A stretch of 58,248 nt of DNA, filler included, from Sphacelaria rigidula (GCA_964200075.2; 5 parts of 5 records of this genome joined end to end with filler, not necessarily neighbours in it); one strand, 5' to 3'. Positions 12,134 to 25,299 are shown, numbered from the whole stretch's first letter. The notes: generated from the letters alone by a model not told the origin. Numbers and translations are program-made.

Positions 12134-12432
12134 ACGCACGGATGGCCACTGGTGTCTGTATCCTGGCCATTTTGGGACCTTATCCACCTTTGGCAAGGTT
12201 CGCGGGTTGGGTAGACAACTGAAGAGCATTCGCACAGCATGGACAGGATCGAAACAAACCATGTCCTAGTCTATAGGCGGGCGACTCCGCTGTAGACTGG
12301 AACACGCTCTGTTTCGAACCTGTCCATGCTGTGCGAATGCTCTTCAGTTGTCCACCTAATCCGCGGACCTTACCAAATGTGGATAAGGTCCCAAAATGGT
12401 CACGTTACAGACCCCAGTGGCCACCCGTGCGT
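12134..12432. repeat. ~300-bp foldback palindrome (MITE or hairpin-RNA locus)
   Basis: Arms of ~145 bp are reverse-complementary with scattered mismatches, around a loop of a few bases near 12281-12284. Confidence 0.9.
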
Positions 12433-13024
12433 ACTACTCTGTACCGTGGCTCGATCCCCCCCCCCCTCCCGCCCCTACACCCGCCACTCGGGGATATCTT
12501 CGCCGTAGGTGTTACTCCGCAAGGGGCCAGGGCATGGAAGGTCATCGTCGAGAAAAATTCGGCGAAGTAATCGCTGCTTGGCTTGCTCTGTTTCGTGCTC
12601 GCTGCTGTCTGCGAGCTACGTCTGCCGTTCTGGTAGTCATTGTCGATTTTGGCGAGAATTTTGTGTGGAGGGGGGGGGAGGGGGGGGCGGGGGCGCAGCA
12701 AACGTGTTTTATCATATCTCGGTCACATCCGTCGATCACCATTTTTTTGAGAGAAGTATCTCGAAACTAATTCCACTTGGTTGGGTAGCTCTACTCGAAC
12801 AGGAAGCACAAAGCTCTACGAACGTGCCCGTCCAGTTCGGCGTTGTCACACTCGGAGAAGAATGCTCAAATTTGTCCCGAAAATCCGGGGACAGGCCAAA
12901 TTTATCCCCGAATTGACTATTTTCCCTCTTTGGTGCCTGAAAGTGGTGCATTGTGAGGCATTGTGATGCATTGCGATGCGTAAAGGTTCGTGCCCGAGGG
13001 AATATCTGGAAAGCCCTTGCTCTA

Positions 13025-14680
13025 CACACGCGGCCATTCGGCTACCCCCTTCAAATTCTCTATCGCGATTTTCATCCTCTCGGTGGTAAGGTGACCCTCG
13101 GGAGGATAAAAATCTCATACTCGGTTCCGGTCATGAGAAGAATCCTCTGGAGGGCATCTGATGCTTCAGTGAGGCCTCTAAGGTATTGTTGCGATGCCGG
13201 AAGACATAGCCGTGCAGTATCCTCCAGCGTGTACATTAGCACTTGTGCACTTGTGTCCTAACTGCTTCCAGGCGACCTTTGGGACCATCACGCCAGAAAA
13301 AATATATGTATCACCCGCCGTTCCCAGATTGAATTGCAAACCCGACAACACTTATTCCCAGCTATAATACCACTACAATAACCCTGCAGCAAAGAGCACG
13401 AGCTGGGCACAGGGATATAGATACACACTGCAGTAGTTGGGCATGATGTATGTCTTGTTGGTGGAAGTTTGAACTTGAGCAGCGGGGTATGGTGCGGGCA
13501 ACAACCGGCGGTTGATGGCATACACACCCATGAACAGTGCAGGCAGACAAAGCTGCGCACACTGTTCAAGTCCTTTTCATGTTGCACTGTGAGCAGAAAA
13601 CATACGTATAGTCCTGCGCTGTCTGTACTGTACTTTGCGCGCTTCCCTTTCACGTCCTACTGACTGCAGCGGTGAGCACGCTGCAAGAACGGGCATCGTG
13701 ATGTACTCAGTAGCTGACGGTATATAACACCCCCATGCCCCCAAAGTTATAGGCATCCACTTTGTTTAGCCATACGTGGCGCATATGCTGCGCTAACTCT
13801 GCAGTATATTGCACAGCACGTATATACGCACGATATGGTACTGTCCTGCACGGTATTGTACTGTTCAGTACAGCATCAAACAATGCTTACTGTTGTGATG
13901 GTCATATCGCCATCAACGTACAGGAAACACCGCGATCATAATTTTTCGCTTGTTCACCCGAAACAATGCTTCACTTTGGTGTTCGAATGGTAAACACCGA
14001 ACTACGTGATTTTCAAGCTTGTATGTTTAGATAGGTTAGGTTCACACGAGGTGTACAGCACAGCCACAAGCTAAAGCTACATAGCATGGCTGTGGGTACA
14101 TACATTCGCAATCGGTGTATGGGATTTGAAACCAGTCGAGGCTGTTGAAGACTTCGATCCGCTTGCCCGAGATACGAAATGGGGGGCAAGAGGATGAGTT
14201 CTCAACGACTTCTGCTGTCTCTCGACCCTCATCCACCGATACCGTGCCGTATGTGCGACTTGAACAGCAAAAAAAGCTGCTCGAAAAAAAAAGTCTTTTT
14301 TTGCCCAATTCAAGGTATTGGTGGGCAAAATGAGTATTTATTTCGAACAGTTTGTGGTGTACAAATTCCAATTGCGAGTGTACATGGGATTTGCACAGCC
14401 TCTGCGCTGTTCGAAATGCATCCTATTGGCCTGATTCGAATATTTTGGAATCAGGACTTATTTCGAACAGCTTTGAAAATTCCAGATTTCCATAGCACTT
14501 GTGCCTCCAAAAACAATCCAGGGAATTTTGATATCGACACAGACCTTCGAGGGCCCCAACATTGAAAATCCTCTAGAGGATCACGAATGCCCAAGATCCT
14601 CTAGGGGGGATTTTAAAACAGACGGAACTGAGGATGACGTTTGAAAATTCCTCTACGAGGTAGCCGAATGGCCGTGTGTG
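13025..14680. mobile_element. Non-autonomous DNA transposon with ~20-bp TIRs
   Basis: cacgcggccattcggctacc at ~13027 vs reverse complement of ggtagccgaatggccgtgtg at ~14659-14678; subterminal gagga/tcctc-type repeats at both ends. Confidence 0.65.
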
Positions 14681-15345
14681 CAGGTGTTCCATTTTCGCAG
14701 TCATTATCGATTTCTAGTGATTAGGGGGCATCACTCAACGTGCGTCATAGTACCTTCATCGTAACCCATGCTGTCAAACCGTATTTCAATGGGTTAATAG
14801 AGGAGAAAAAAAACAACATTTTCGTCGGGTATGGCATTGCCAAACATAGACTTGATGGCGAAATCTGTTCCGAAGACTAGGGAATGGACCATTTTCATCC
14901 TCCCCATTACTATTTTTCTCTGCAAAGCGGACCGCACTAGTGTCATACACATTTGTACCAAAAAAGAAGGCCTGAAACGTCCCAGGTGTTCCATTTTCGT
15001 AGTCATTATCGATCTCTGCTGAAAATGAGTGATTAGGTAGGGGGGGCACCACTAAACGTGCGTGATAGAGTACCTTAATCAAAACCAACGAGCACCAAAC
15101 TTTGGGAGAGTAATATCAAAACGTATTTCAATGGGTTGAAAAAGGAAAAGAAGAGGAAAACAATAGTTTTTGTCGAGTACGGTGCTGTCAAACACCGACT
15201 TAATGGCGAAATTTATTCCGAAAAACAGGGGATGGGCGATTTTCATCCCCGGATTAAGTTTTTCTTCTTTTTTTTTTGAAAACGGACCGCACTAATCTCA
15301 TAAACATTTTTTTTTATCAGAGGAGAAGGTTTGAGACGTATCTAA
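14681..15345. repeat. Two diverged tandem units of ~300-360 bp; a third related unit at ~12620-12930
   Basis: Both units start caggtgttccattttcg.agtcattatcgat and share cgtatttcaatgggtt, gactt.atggcgaaat and cggaccgcacta. Confidence 0.8.
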
Positions 15346-15924
15346 GGTGGCGAGAAATCAACTGCTGCGTAAAGTGCACTGTAATTGAAACAGAGGGGTT
15401 TTGGCCGCATTTTTACGTCGGTAGAGCCATACTCCACATCTACTCCTGCAGCTTGGTTTGATTATTCTTCAATTCTGAAAAGCTCGGGTGATGGAGGATT
15501 AAATTGTCCCCCTCCGGATACTCTGGTTATTGTTCTACGTGTCGTGGTTCCCACGAACCACAGCTTTCCCCGTCAGGTGTCTTAAGCGTACCTTAATTGG
15601 GACATTCAAATTTTACCTCTGTGGGGGTAACGAGCCAAATCCTGCCACACGATGGGGTGCTTGCAGGCGTCGAGTTATTCGTGCTGGTGAACATTTTAGT
15701 ACCCACTGAGCAGGTCCATAAACGAGCTGAGGCGTGTCGGTAATTTTTATTTCCCAGCGTCATGAGTGGAACCAACCGATGTCACCCAAATGGTGCTGGT
15801 TTCCGAAGCATCAGCTGTAATCTCAATGCGCCGCATGGCGGTCACTTTTTTGATGAAAATAAACGAATGGTGTCAGACGGTGAGAGCTGAGAGCTACCTC
15901 AGGGAACAGTGTTTCCGTGAAGTT

Positions 15925-16202
15925 GACAGTAGAAGACACAGTTGAGAGTGGAAAGCGGCCAATTAGTGATTGAATCGTTGCAGTTTCGCAATGCCCCTCC
16001 ACGAGGCCCACAATAATTTCTGTAGTGGCTTGCCACCGAGACCCTTGATGTCCCTGAGTAGGATATCGACGTGTAGCTGTGAGCCCACGCAAGTGATGGA
16101 GGCAAAGAAAAGCACACAAGAAATGAAAATTGGTTAGGTTAAAGCGAGTGATCAAAGCCACTCTTGATCAGCGCTCTACTCTCAATCTCACGAAATCGTT
16201 GT
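15925..16202. repeat. Dispersed repeat, homologous to ~46070-46360
   Basis: Shared blocks gagagtgg.aagcgg.caattagt, cccttgat.tccctgagta.gatatcgacgtgtagct and ctactctcaatctcacga. Confidence 0.8.
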
Positions 16203-16469
16203 CAGGGGCAGTACGCACAGGCGGTATACTCTCGGCACCGTGTCGAAATGACAAAAGCCGAACGCACAAGCAGACAAGAATTCCCACGGTTGGAGTCGTT
16301 TTTGTAAATGTCGCCCATATGAAGTGGTTCAGGAAGTTGAGCCTCCGAGTAGTGTCTCGTATGACCATGTCTTCGGTCGCGTATTTGGGCTGGTTTGGAC
16401 GGGGGGGGGTTATCGTGGGATCAGGTTCACTGATCAGTTGCCTTCACACCTGCTGGGATTGGGTTTCCG

Positions 16470-16875
16470 TAATGTATCGGCCATAATATCATCATAATGA
16501 AACGAAAAACAATATTCCAACAAACGCCTCCGTAGTGTTTGAATGGTGAGACACCCATGAGGCAGTGTATAAGCCGTGACTGTCTCTGGAAGTGTGGCGA
16601 TACCAAAAACTGAGGCATCTTATTGGAGGCTGCCATCCAAATGCAAAATAATTAGTACGCTTCGGGCGGAAATGTTTTGGCAGGATGCAATCCACCCCTC
16701 ATTCTACTCGCCGAACACACCACGGCGCTTCGCGCTTGGTGATGGAGGTCGGGCCTGGTCTGGCGAAACCCCGGCGTGCTCCGTCCTGGCTTTGTCGGGA
16801 TGCGAGGTCAATGGTGATATGACTATGGCATGCAGGATCATGAGCACACTCCCCCCCCCCCCTCCCCCACCTCCG
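16470..16875. repeat. Dispersed ~0.5-kb repeat family, also in UTP13 introns (~52112-52745, ~53420-53975)
   Basis: Shared gacacccatgaggcagtgt, acggcgcttcgcg, cgtgctccgtcc.ggctttgt.gggatg.gaggtcaatggt and tcatgag.ac followed by a C-run. Confidence 0.8.
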
Positions 16876-18286
16876 CTCAGCTTCGCAAATAATGATCATT
16901 TTCAACACCCGAGCACTGTGGTTCCTGACCAGCAGTTGGTAGGGTCCCCTTACAGGGTAAGGGCTAAGTAGGACCGTAGAGAAACGAACCGGGATTCGGA
17001 TTGAAGCCTCGGGGGGGAGGGGCTGGTGATACTCCTCCCGCTCCCCCCATTCCCCATGTACTCAGATCAATTCTTTCGGGCTTGAAATCAGTTGTACAAG
17101 ATAGATGGGTACTTTCGTGCCAGGTCGCGAATACAATCGTCTCCGCCTCTCATACTGTATGAACTCGAAATCAAACATGTGTGTCCCGTTTCAAACCTAA
17201 TATCTCGTGTCAACATTTTTCACCAACTCTATTCCAAGTCCGTCTCGAATTTTCTATCGAGTTGCGGGCCGACACAAAATTATGGGGAAAAGTTGCCAAC
17301 CGGAGTCAGTCATACTCTGTCCTGATTATGCGTTGAAGCTGCTGAGCCACCATCGGCACACACGATAGCCTACGGTGGAGACCTTGAGCATACCAGTGCG
17401 TCGCTTGTCGATCTCAAGATTGGGCCTAGTCAGGGCTTTCGTGTGTGTTGACTCAAAAGCAACACCTGAAAAGCAGCCACGACCATTTTTCACAGTCAGG
17501 CGAAAGGCAAACGGCTCCCACACTTGGAACACGGGACGGTTCCCTTTGAACAAAGAACACCTCGCTCAAGTGTATGGCGTCCAAGTGTCAATCAATGTTG
17601 TACAGCATCGTATTTCTGGAAGTACCTTGATGTTTTTGTTTGGTTCAGGGTGAAGCAACCAAATGGACCAGACTGACTGATCAGAAAATATTATGCTCCC
17701 GCTCTAAAGATGGATTTTTCGGAGACTGCTTCATTTCCTTGCAACTCGTCCGAACTTGCTCATAAGCGATGTTTTCCTAAGACGTTTTCGGATCTCCCCG
17801 AAATATGTTTTGATGAGCCGGCTACGCCGTCTTCCATTGATCCGACAAAACTTAATCCGGCCGTCCTAGCCCTTGTATCGAGAAGGTGAAGATCCGGAAC
17901 ATCCCGGCGAAGTTTCCACAGACGTCTACTGTTAAATTATTCGTTGTATCGACTCAAGTAAGGGCGAAAACGTTCCAAGGATAATTCCACGACAACCAAT
18001 CCGCTTACTCGCCACCACTACATGACCGCCTACGCAAACGGCAATAGTCCGCCACTTTCTAAACCCGCATTTCCACGTCATCTCCGAAGAAACAATGCGA
18101 CGCTCCGAAATTACCGCACACACCCCATGTCGACGATCTACCACTTGAATACCGTCATTACTGCTACTACCAAAAACAACACTGACTCACATGTCGCGCG
18201 TGCTATCCACCCGAGCTCCAAGTACCCATGCACGCACAGACATTCAGAAGAACAGAACTCCCACATCCCAGCACACATACACATAG

Positions 18287-19206
18287 NNNNNNNNNNNNNN
18301 NNNNNNNNNNNNNNNNNNNNNNNNNNNNNNNNNNNNNNNNNNNNNNNNNNNNNNNNNNNNNNNNNNNNNNNNNNNNNNNNNNNNNNNNNNNNNNNNNNNN
18401 NNNNNNNNNNNNNNNNNNNNNNNNNNNNNNNNNNNNNNNNNNNNNNNNNNNNNNNNNNNNNNNNNNNNNNNNNNNNNNNNNNNNNNNNNNNNNNNNNNNN
18501 NNNNNNNNNNNNNNNNNNNNNNNNNNNNNNNNNNNNNNNNNNNNNNNNNNNNNNNNNNNNNNNNNNNNNNNNNNNNNNNNNNNNNNNNNNNNNNNNNNNN
18601 NNNNNNNNNNNNNNNNNNNNNNNNNNNNNNNNNNNNNNNNNNNNNNNNNNNNNNNNNNNNNNNNNNNNNNNNNNNNNNNNNNNNNNNNNNNNNNNNNNNN
18701 NNNNNNNNNNNNNNNNNNNNNNNNNNNNNNNNNNNNNNNNNNNNNNNNNNNNNNNNNNNNNNNNNNNNNNNNNNNNNNNNNNNNNNNNNNNNNNNNNNNN
18801 NNNNNNNNNNNNNNNNNNNNNNNNNNNNNNNNNNNNNNNNNNNNNNNNNNNNNNNNNNNNNNNNNNNNNNNNNNNNNNNNNNNNNNNNNNNNNNNNNNNN
18901 NNNNNNNNNNNNNNNNNNNNNNNNNNNNNNNNNNNNNNNNNNNNNNNNNNNNNNNNNNNNNNNNNNNNNNNNNNNNNNNNNNNNNNNNNNNNNNNNNNNN
19001 NNNNNNNNNNNNNNNNNNNNNNNNNNNNNNNNNNNNNNNNNNNNNNNNNNNNNNNNNNNNNNNNNNNNNNNNNNNNNNNNNNNNNNNNNNNNNNNNNNNN
19101 NNNNNNNNNNNNNNNNNNNNNNNNNNNNNNNNNNNNNNNNNNNNNNNNNNNNNNNNNNNNNNNNNNNNNNNNNNNNNNNNNNNNNNNNNNNNNNNNNNNN
19201 NNNNNN
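18287..19206. other. Intra-scaffold assembly gap (920 N)
   Basis: Plain N run with no linker. Confidence 0.97.
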
Positions 19207-19719
19207 TTGTCAGTCAACAGCACGCTCTTCTTCCCCTTGTCCCAAACCGTATGCGAGAAAAAAAAGACATTTTGAAGATGATGACGGGTGGACTCTATTG
19301 CAGATATCCCTTAATTTCGTTTCGGTAACAAAAACGTATATTCAAGAAGAGAAAACGAAAACGGGGAAAAAATACATGCCGCGTGGTCTGCAGCACAGGA
19401 AAGAGAACAGTGATGAAAAGAGGGGGGGGGGGCAGTGAGCCCCCACTACTCTATTAATACTATATGCACCTGATCATATCAGCCGGGAATCTTTCGAGAG
19501 AACTAGCACACAGCGTGTTCTACAACACATAGCAAGAAAACGATGTGGCACACGCGTCAGAGTCGTCTCTTGTGCGCCCACCTCTATACAAAAAGACGCC
19601 CTCCGAGAGAAGCCAAGAGGAACGTATATAATGATACACCATGCTGTCGAACGTACGGACAAAAATGACCGCACGTGCACACATCCATCCGGCTTTGCTG
19701 TTATTTGTCTTAACCTCTT

Positions 19720-20337
19720 TTACTTGACACAAACCCCCTCGGCTTCAACGTAGATAGCGTCGCACATGATGTCGTCATCGTCCGCGTTATTGACGAACAG
19801 CATGCTTTTCGCGGGGATCAACGACCCACCGGACACCACATACACGGGTGCACCAGTGTCGTCACCGCTAGGATTGTTGAAGAAAACAGTATATTCGGAC
19901 AGGATCGTCTCGCCCGTCTCCTGCACAACCATGGCACCTCCGTGGTATTGTGAATTTCCGTCGTAAAACAGAGCTGGCCCCGAGAACTCGAGTTCACCCG
20001 CGTTGTAAATCGCCCCGGCGTCTCCTTCGAACGACCTGCAATTGTTGAAGGCCACAACGGCGCCGTTCTTGAACTTGAAGGTGGCGCCCTCCCCGTTGTA
20101 AATCGCGCCTGCCGTCTCCGCCCTCAGGTTTTCGAATGTCGCGTCACCCTTAACGATGACCCTGCCCAGGTTGTAGAAGCCGGCGCCGTTGTTGCCCTCA
20201 TCGTCGATGATGGACACGTCCTTGATTTCCAGGGTGTCCTGGAATACGACGACTCCGTTTTCACCCACCCAGAGAGCTCCGCCCGGCCCCGGCGAGCTCT
20301 CTCCACCACCGCTGTTCTCGCAGTTGTCGAAGATAGC
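19720..20337 (-). CDS. Terminal exon of a polymorphic-membrane-protein (Pmp)/adhesin-like beta-helix repeat protein
   Basis: Acceptor caacag|GCT in phase 0. Recurrent GGALWV/GAGFYN/AGAIYN/AGAIYN/GGAMVV motifs alternate with F.NC/F.N/FxxN motifs. Strong GC3 bias; ends VCVK-stop. Confidence 0.85.
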   Translation of the reverse strand, partial: AIFDNCENSGGGESSPGPGGALWVGENGVVVFQDTLEIKDVSIIDDEGNNGAGFYNLGRVIVKGDATFENLRAETAGAIYNGEGATFKFKNGAVVAFNNCRSFEGDAGAIYNAGELEFSGPALFYDGNSQYHGGAMVVQETGETILSEYTVFFNNPSGDDTGAPVYVVSGGSLIPAKSMLFVNNADDDDIMCDAIYVEAEGVCVK

Positions 20338-21608
20338 CTGTTGCACACCAGCATGATGGAGGCAAAGATTCCGGAGTTGCTTAGGACAGGGGACGTGCCC
20401 TGACGGACCGTGGGTTTTATGGGTACTTCTGAGTAGCCAATACTTCAGGGTACACAGGGTATCGATTGCAGAAACTAGCGAGAGTCCCGTAACCCCTGGA
20501 GATATTGACACTTAATATATTCAGTGTACCAGGGTACCCACGGGTCCGCTTTACACTACCCTACTACCCTACCCTAAGCACGTTTGAAAGATTCGTGGTC
20601 GAAGGCTGTGATCGGTTTGTGTGCTTGTGTGTCGCTGGGGCTTTGACCACTTGTTACATGCAAGAGCATGTACTCTGTCGCGCCCCGGTGACCCAGCTGC
20701 CACATGCCGAAGCACTGGTAAGGACGGAGTTCAGGGTTCCACGAGGACAGTGACCAATCATTTTGTGAGGGTTGACTCCTTTCGCTTGTCGAGTGAGCCA
20801 TGCTACGATAGGGGGGGGGGTTCGATTCCACGAGAAAAATGTGATCACAGATGCGCCAAATGACCTAAACCACTCGTGGTGCGCTCGTTTTTGAGTAAAC
20901 ACGGTGTAAAGCGGTGTAAATGAGCGTTTTTTATCGGGATCAAGCGCGTTCGAACAACTGTTGGCTACTCTCCATGGCGATTTGTGAAGTGGAATTTTGT
21001 ACAAGAAAGCGGTCCAAAATACCTTCTACCGTAGCATGACTCGAGTGACAATGAATGGTGTGCGGAGTGGTTTTCACGTCGGAATCGGAAAGATAAAATG
21101 ATGTAGCAACTGCTTTAGCATGGATCGAGGTTTGGGGACCACTTTGATGTCAGGGAGGGTGCTTGGTTTCACACCCTTGAGAACACTAGGTTGGACAATG
21201 ATACCCACAGCGAGTGTGACTGCAGTCCCATGATTCTGACCTTCGCCACACCAAGAGGCTGCTGTGTCGAGAGCCGCCATCGGAGAGCTACCGTCGCGAA
21301 TACAACAACAGCAACGACTCGCGAGGATTCTGGGATGCAAAGATACAGAGAGAATATCCCTATTTTCACCCGACTAGGGATGAGTGGGAGGAGCTGGATA
21401 TAGACGAAAACTGGTGTACCCCTTCTCTTCGCATTATCGGTCGTCGATGTTGTCCTTTGTCAGCGGTCGTGTGGTGTTCCCTGTTTGCGCGCTTGTACCT
21501 ACTGTACCTCTATCGGACTGCGTTGTTGGGCTTCATCACTTCCGCATTTTCCTTGTTCTCTGTACCCCCTTCCTCTCCCCACCCCCCTCTCTTCATGTCA
21601 GTTCATGC

Positions 21609-21679
<71 letters not shown>

Positions 21680-21684
21680 AACAA
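21609..21684. repeat. (AAC)n/(GACAAC)n microsatellite in intron
   Basis: Direct reading. Confidence 0.97.
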
Positions 21685-22236
21685 TCAAGAGGGACGAGCC
21701 CAGCCACAACCTAACCGACCGCTCGAGCACCGTGAAGAAATCAGGGGTACGCCATCTAAACCAGTGTCTGGACCATAATCTCGTCACAAAGGGGTCAATG
21801 AACTCATGATATCGCTGTGGTGGAAAGCCTACTGTTCGAATACCTCATGGGGCCACTGCATCATTCAAGTCGCCGGGTGCTCTGTACCCGCCATTTTACC
21901 CTCATCCTCCTACCTCCGACATATCACGGCCCATTCGTACGGAACCAAGGTTAGGAAGGAGATCAGTCAGACGAACTGGGGTCATTATGGCCATTATCCA
22001 TATCACCATCTCGTGAACGAGGGAGTAGTGAGGCCACGGCAGAGTTTGTGCCTGATATCAAAAGTTTCTCTGTGTAGGGATACCAAAACGCTGTACGATT
22101 CTCGTGTCAAAAGCAACACGTGGTGTACAACATGGGTGGCAGCTCTGATGTCGAGGTCTTATATCATTGTGGGATTAGTCACATGACCGGTAATCCCCCC
22201 TCCCCCCGTACCCTCACTCCTTCGACAACTACTCAC

Positions 22237-22500
22237 CTCGCCGTTAACCCGGAAGTAGCCGTCAGTCCAAATGCAGCCACCGACGAGCTGGACCGACGCG
22301 AAGTCACCGACGTCAACAATGCTGCGCACCCCTACCCTCTGGGTCTTGAAGTCGTTGAGGAACCTCACGCGCGAGCCCGTGCCAATGAACAAGGCGCCAC
22401 CGTCGACGTTCGGCAAATTGTCCTCTTCGCCCACAGTGCCCGCAAACCTCGCGTTGGGCTCAAAGGTCAGCTCACCTCCGTCGAGGACCTCGAACCGCAA
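22237..22500 (-). CDS. Penultimate exon of the same Pmp/adhesin-like gene; 5' exons not found on this scaffold
   Basis: cccag|TTG acceptor and GAG|gtgagt donor; 264 bp, phase 0 to 0. LRFEVLDGGELTF...DGGALFIG...VGGCIWTDGYFRVNGE joins in frame to AIFDNCEN. Confidence 0.85.
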
Positions 22501-23241
22501 CTGGGAAGTGTGATCGGACGGGGGAGATATTCCTTCTCAGTCTGGAATTTTCACAAACACAGTGACTGTTTTGCGCCCAACCGTTTCCCCGCCGCCTTGC
22601 GACAACTTGAGTCCCACCTTATCTTCCCCGGATGAGTCTGCAATAGAGGTTGGTACCGGCTGACAGAAAAATGGGTACTGGAATTATCACTTTAAAAAAA
22701 AGGGGGTAGAACCGGTCAGGGCGAGATCGCGCAGCTCCGTGTTTCGAAAAACCCGGAAAAAGCGAAACAGTACCAACAGTACCTGGTACCACGAGTCCGG
22801 ATACCCGCCGGTACTGTGGGTACTCCACCCTCTGGCGAAAAGCACTTAACACCGGACCGAGTTGCTCGGTGAATGCACCCGATTTCACAGACTGCATTTG
22901 GATTCTCTGGAGGATGAGCGAGGCCACTTATCACGGTCGGAGAGTGCATTTGCATTTCATTTCGAGAGTGTATTTCGATGCGCACGAAGGCTGTCAAGGT
23001 TCAAGGTTCACTACGAAGAAATCATTCCAAAAATTGTAAAAATCGTGCGTTTGCTGGAGGTGGACGGAAGCTGTACCGAAACAGCGCTCGAAGCACGCGG
23101 TACCAAAGTACCGGGCACATGACGGGGAGCACGCGGGCTGTCGACGACGTACCGGGTACTCGAAACGCCTACAAAGAACAAGATTCAGGATACTTACATG
23201 TTTTGTACAGTAGTGGGTGCAAGACTTCTTGACCTATATTC

Positions 23242-23341
23242 NNNNNNNNNNNNNNNNNNNNNNNNNNNNNNNNNNNNNNNNNNNNTTAATTAATTAANNN
23301 NNNNNNNNNNNNNNNNNNNNNNNNNNNNNNNNNNNNNNNNN
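23242..23341. other. Artificial scaffold spacer
   Basis: N44-TTAATTAATTAA-N44. Confidence 0.98.
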
Positions 23342-24004
23342 TTCCGCCTAGCTCTCTTTTGAGGCGTAAAACGACGTAAAAGCTCCAAAAGTACATTTTT
23401 CTGGGTTTTTATTTTTGTCTATTATAAGAAGCGGCCTAAAATACTGCACATACTTACAACCAATACGACTACCTTGTACTTCATACTCATACCGGTGACC
23501 TTGACGCCGATCCGTGGTATTTGGGGTCGGGTTCCATTAGATACCTACTGTCTGTAGCACGACTGTACTATATGGTAGATACGAGGACGAGGACGCGATC
23601 TTGCATGCATGTCCGATAAGAGGCATCATCCGCGGAATGTGATGGCTGATCGAGAAGGGTACAAGCCCTCTCTACACCAACGGCTTCGCTTGCTGTTGGG
23701 GGAACGCCAACTTTTGCTCAACGCCTATTTGGCTCTACCTGTACCTCTTGCTTGTGCGGAGATGGCTCGGACGCTCTGCTGGACCACTGTTGCTGTCTGT
23801 GTTGTCAAGAGTGAACCGGCGACTTGTGCAAAATTACACGAACCAGCGAACTCTGAACACGCGGATAGAGCACAAGTATCACCTAACCATTAAGCAGCAA
23901 CTTGATACTTCGTCTCGCACGTGATATGATGAGAATGGCTACTAACTCGTCACCCCTGGCACTTCCCTGTTCCGTGCTGGGGCTGCTGGGACTGAACAAC
24001 TCAC

Positions 24005-24168
24005 CGGTCCTTCTTCTTGATGGAGTTTTCCCAGCTCGCTAGATCAACAAGATACTCTTGCATATCTTGGGCGTTCTGACGGATCTGATTCTGTACCCGA
24101 AAAGCGGCTGCCGCCCCACCACCACATCCAGAAGTAGCCGAAGCGGCATGTTCATCCCGTCCGCCCAT
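24005..24168 (-). CDS. RPAP3: Exon 1 of an RPAP3-like (R2TP TPR co-chaperone) gene; remainder runs off the scaffold
   Basis: AFRVQNQIRQNAQDMQEYLVDLASWENSIKKKD resembles the conserved RPAP3 N-terminal helix (IELQLQVKQNAEELQDFMRDLENWEKDIKQKD). ATG at 24168; donor CG|gtgagt. Confidence 0.75.
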
Positions 24169-25299
24169 TGGAACCGCGGAGCACGTCAACCTGCAACGCC
24201 TATTTAGTTCGCGAAAAGGGCAGAGCAGACAGCGCAAAGTATATCCCGCGCCTGGAGGATTGTGACAATATTCAACGCGTGGCATATTTGGGCGTTGAAA
24301 AATTGTTTGGAAGATGACATAGGTAATCTTGCAGGGTCATCGTGTTCGCTCAGACAACGATCACCAAAAAAAGGTCGGCTCCCTGTCGATGTGGGGGTTG
24401 AGTAGATGCTAGGAATTTTTTATGATTGAGGAGTCGCTACACCTTTGAGTGAAGATAAATTTAAGCATATACTAAAGCGTAGTGCACCTCAACAAGCCTA
24501 CCTTTGACTCCGGCAAGCTTGTGTATAAGTGGGCTTTGTCGCGATCTGATTGGGTATCGGGAAAGCGCCTCGTCCTCTTGGCGACCAGCGGTAGCCGAAC
24601 GACGGCTGGACGAGAGAGCATACGGCTGACACCTGGCGGCGCCAACGTCGTGAGTCTTGCGGTTTGCTACAGGGGTTTGATCTCTGGGAAGATGCTGTGA
24701 TCAAATAGCGTACGCTATCTGTTCTGTATGGTCTGTCCTGCCCACGTGTGGGCCTTGGTACTCGTGGTGCGGAGGTGTGCTGGACTGACTGTGGTGGTGT
24801 ACTCAGTTAATAATCCGGCACTCTTGCACGATCCACCCTCATATTTGCAAGTTGTGGCGGGCTTGCTGCACTGTACTGGGTGCCTGTAGTGTTGAATGAG
24901 CAGTATTTGTCATACGTAGAGTGAGATTGTCACTGTGTGACAGGTTGAGGATCGCCACTTGCGAAAAGTACTGTCGGTACGGCCTGGGTACACCACAACT
25001 ATTCGGTTCATCTCGAGTTGAAACGCCACAACCGCTGCCTCTCTGAAGGCGGCGGTGTCGGGGCGGTAGAGCTAGCCGATAGCGTCGCCGTGGTGGCCAC
25101 GGCATCGGTATGTTACGCGCATGTCGCGTATCACGATGATTGCGCTGTGAAAACATAGCTGCTTTGGCTGTTAGCACATGTATGTGCGGGTTTTGGAGAT
25201 CTGATATGAATAGTCTAGTTTGATAAACCCATAGCAAGATTTTTTTGCACAAACTATTGTGAGTCAGTGCGCACGCCTAAAAGTTTTTTTTTTTTTGCG

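Noticed and set aside
18022-19328. Long ORFs of 361-417 aa
   Set aside because: They run through the N gap.
21384-21809. PolyT/polyQ/polyN/polyV ORFs
   Set aside because: Translations of an intronic (AAC)n microsatellite.
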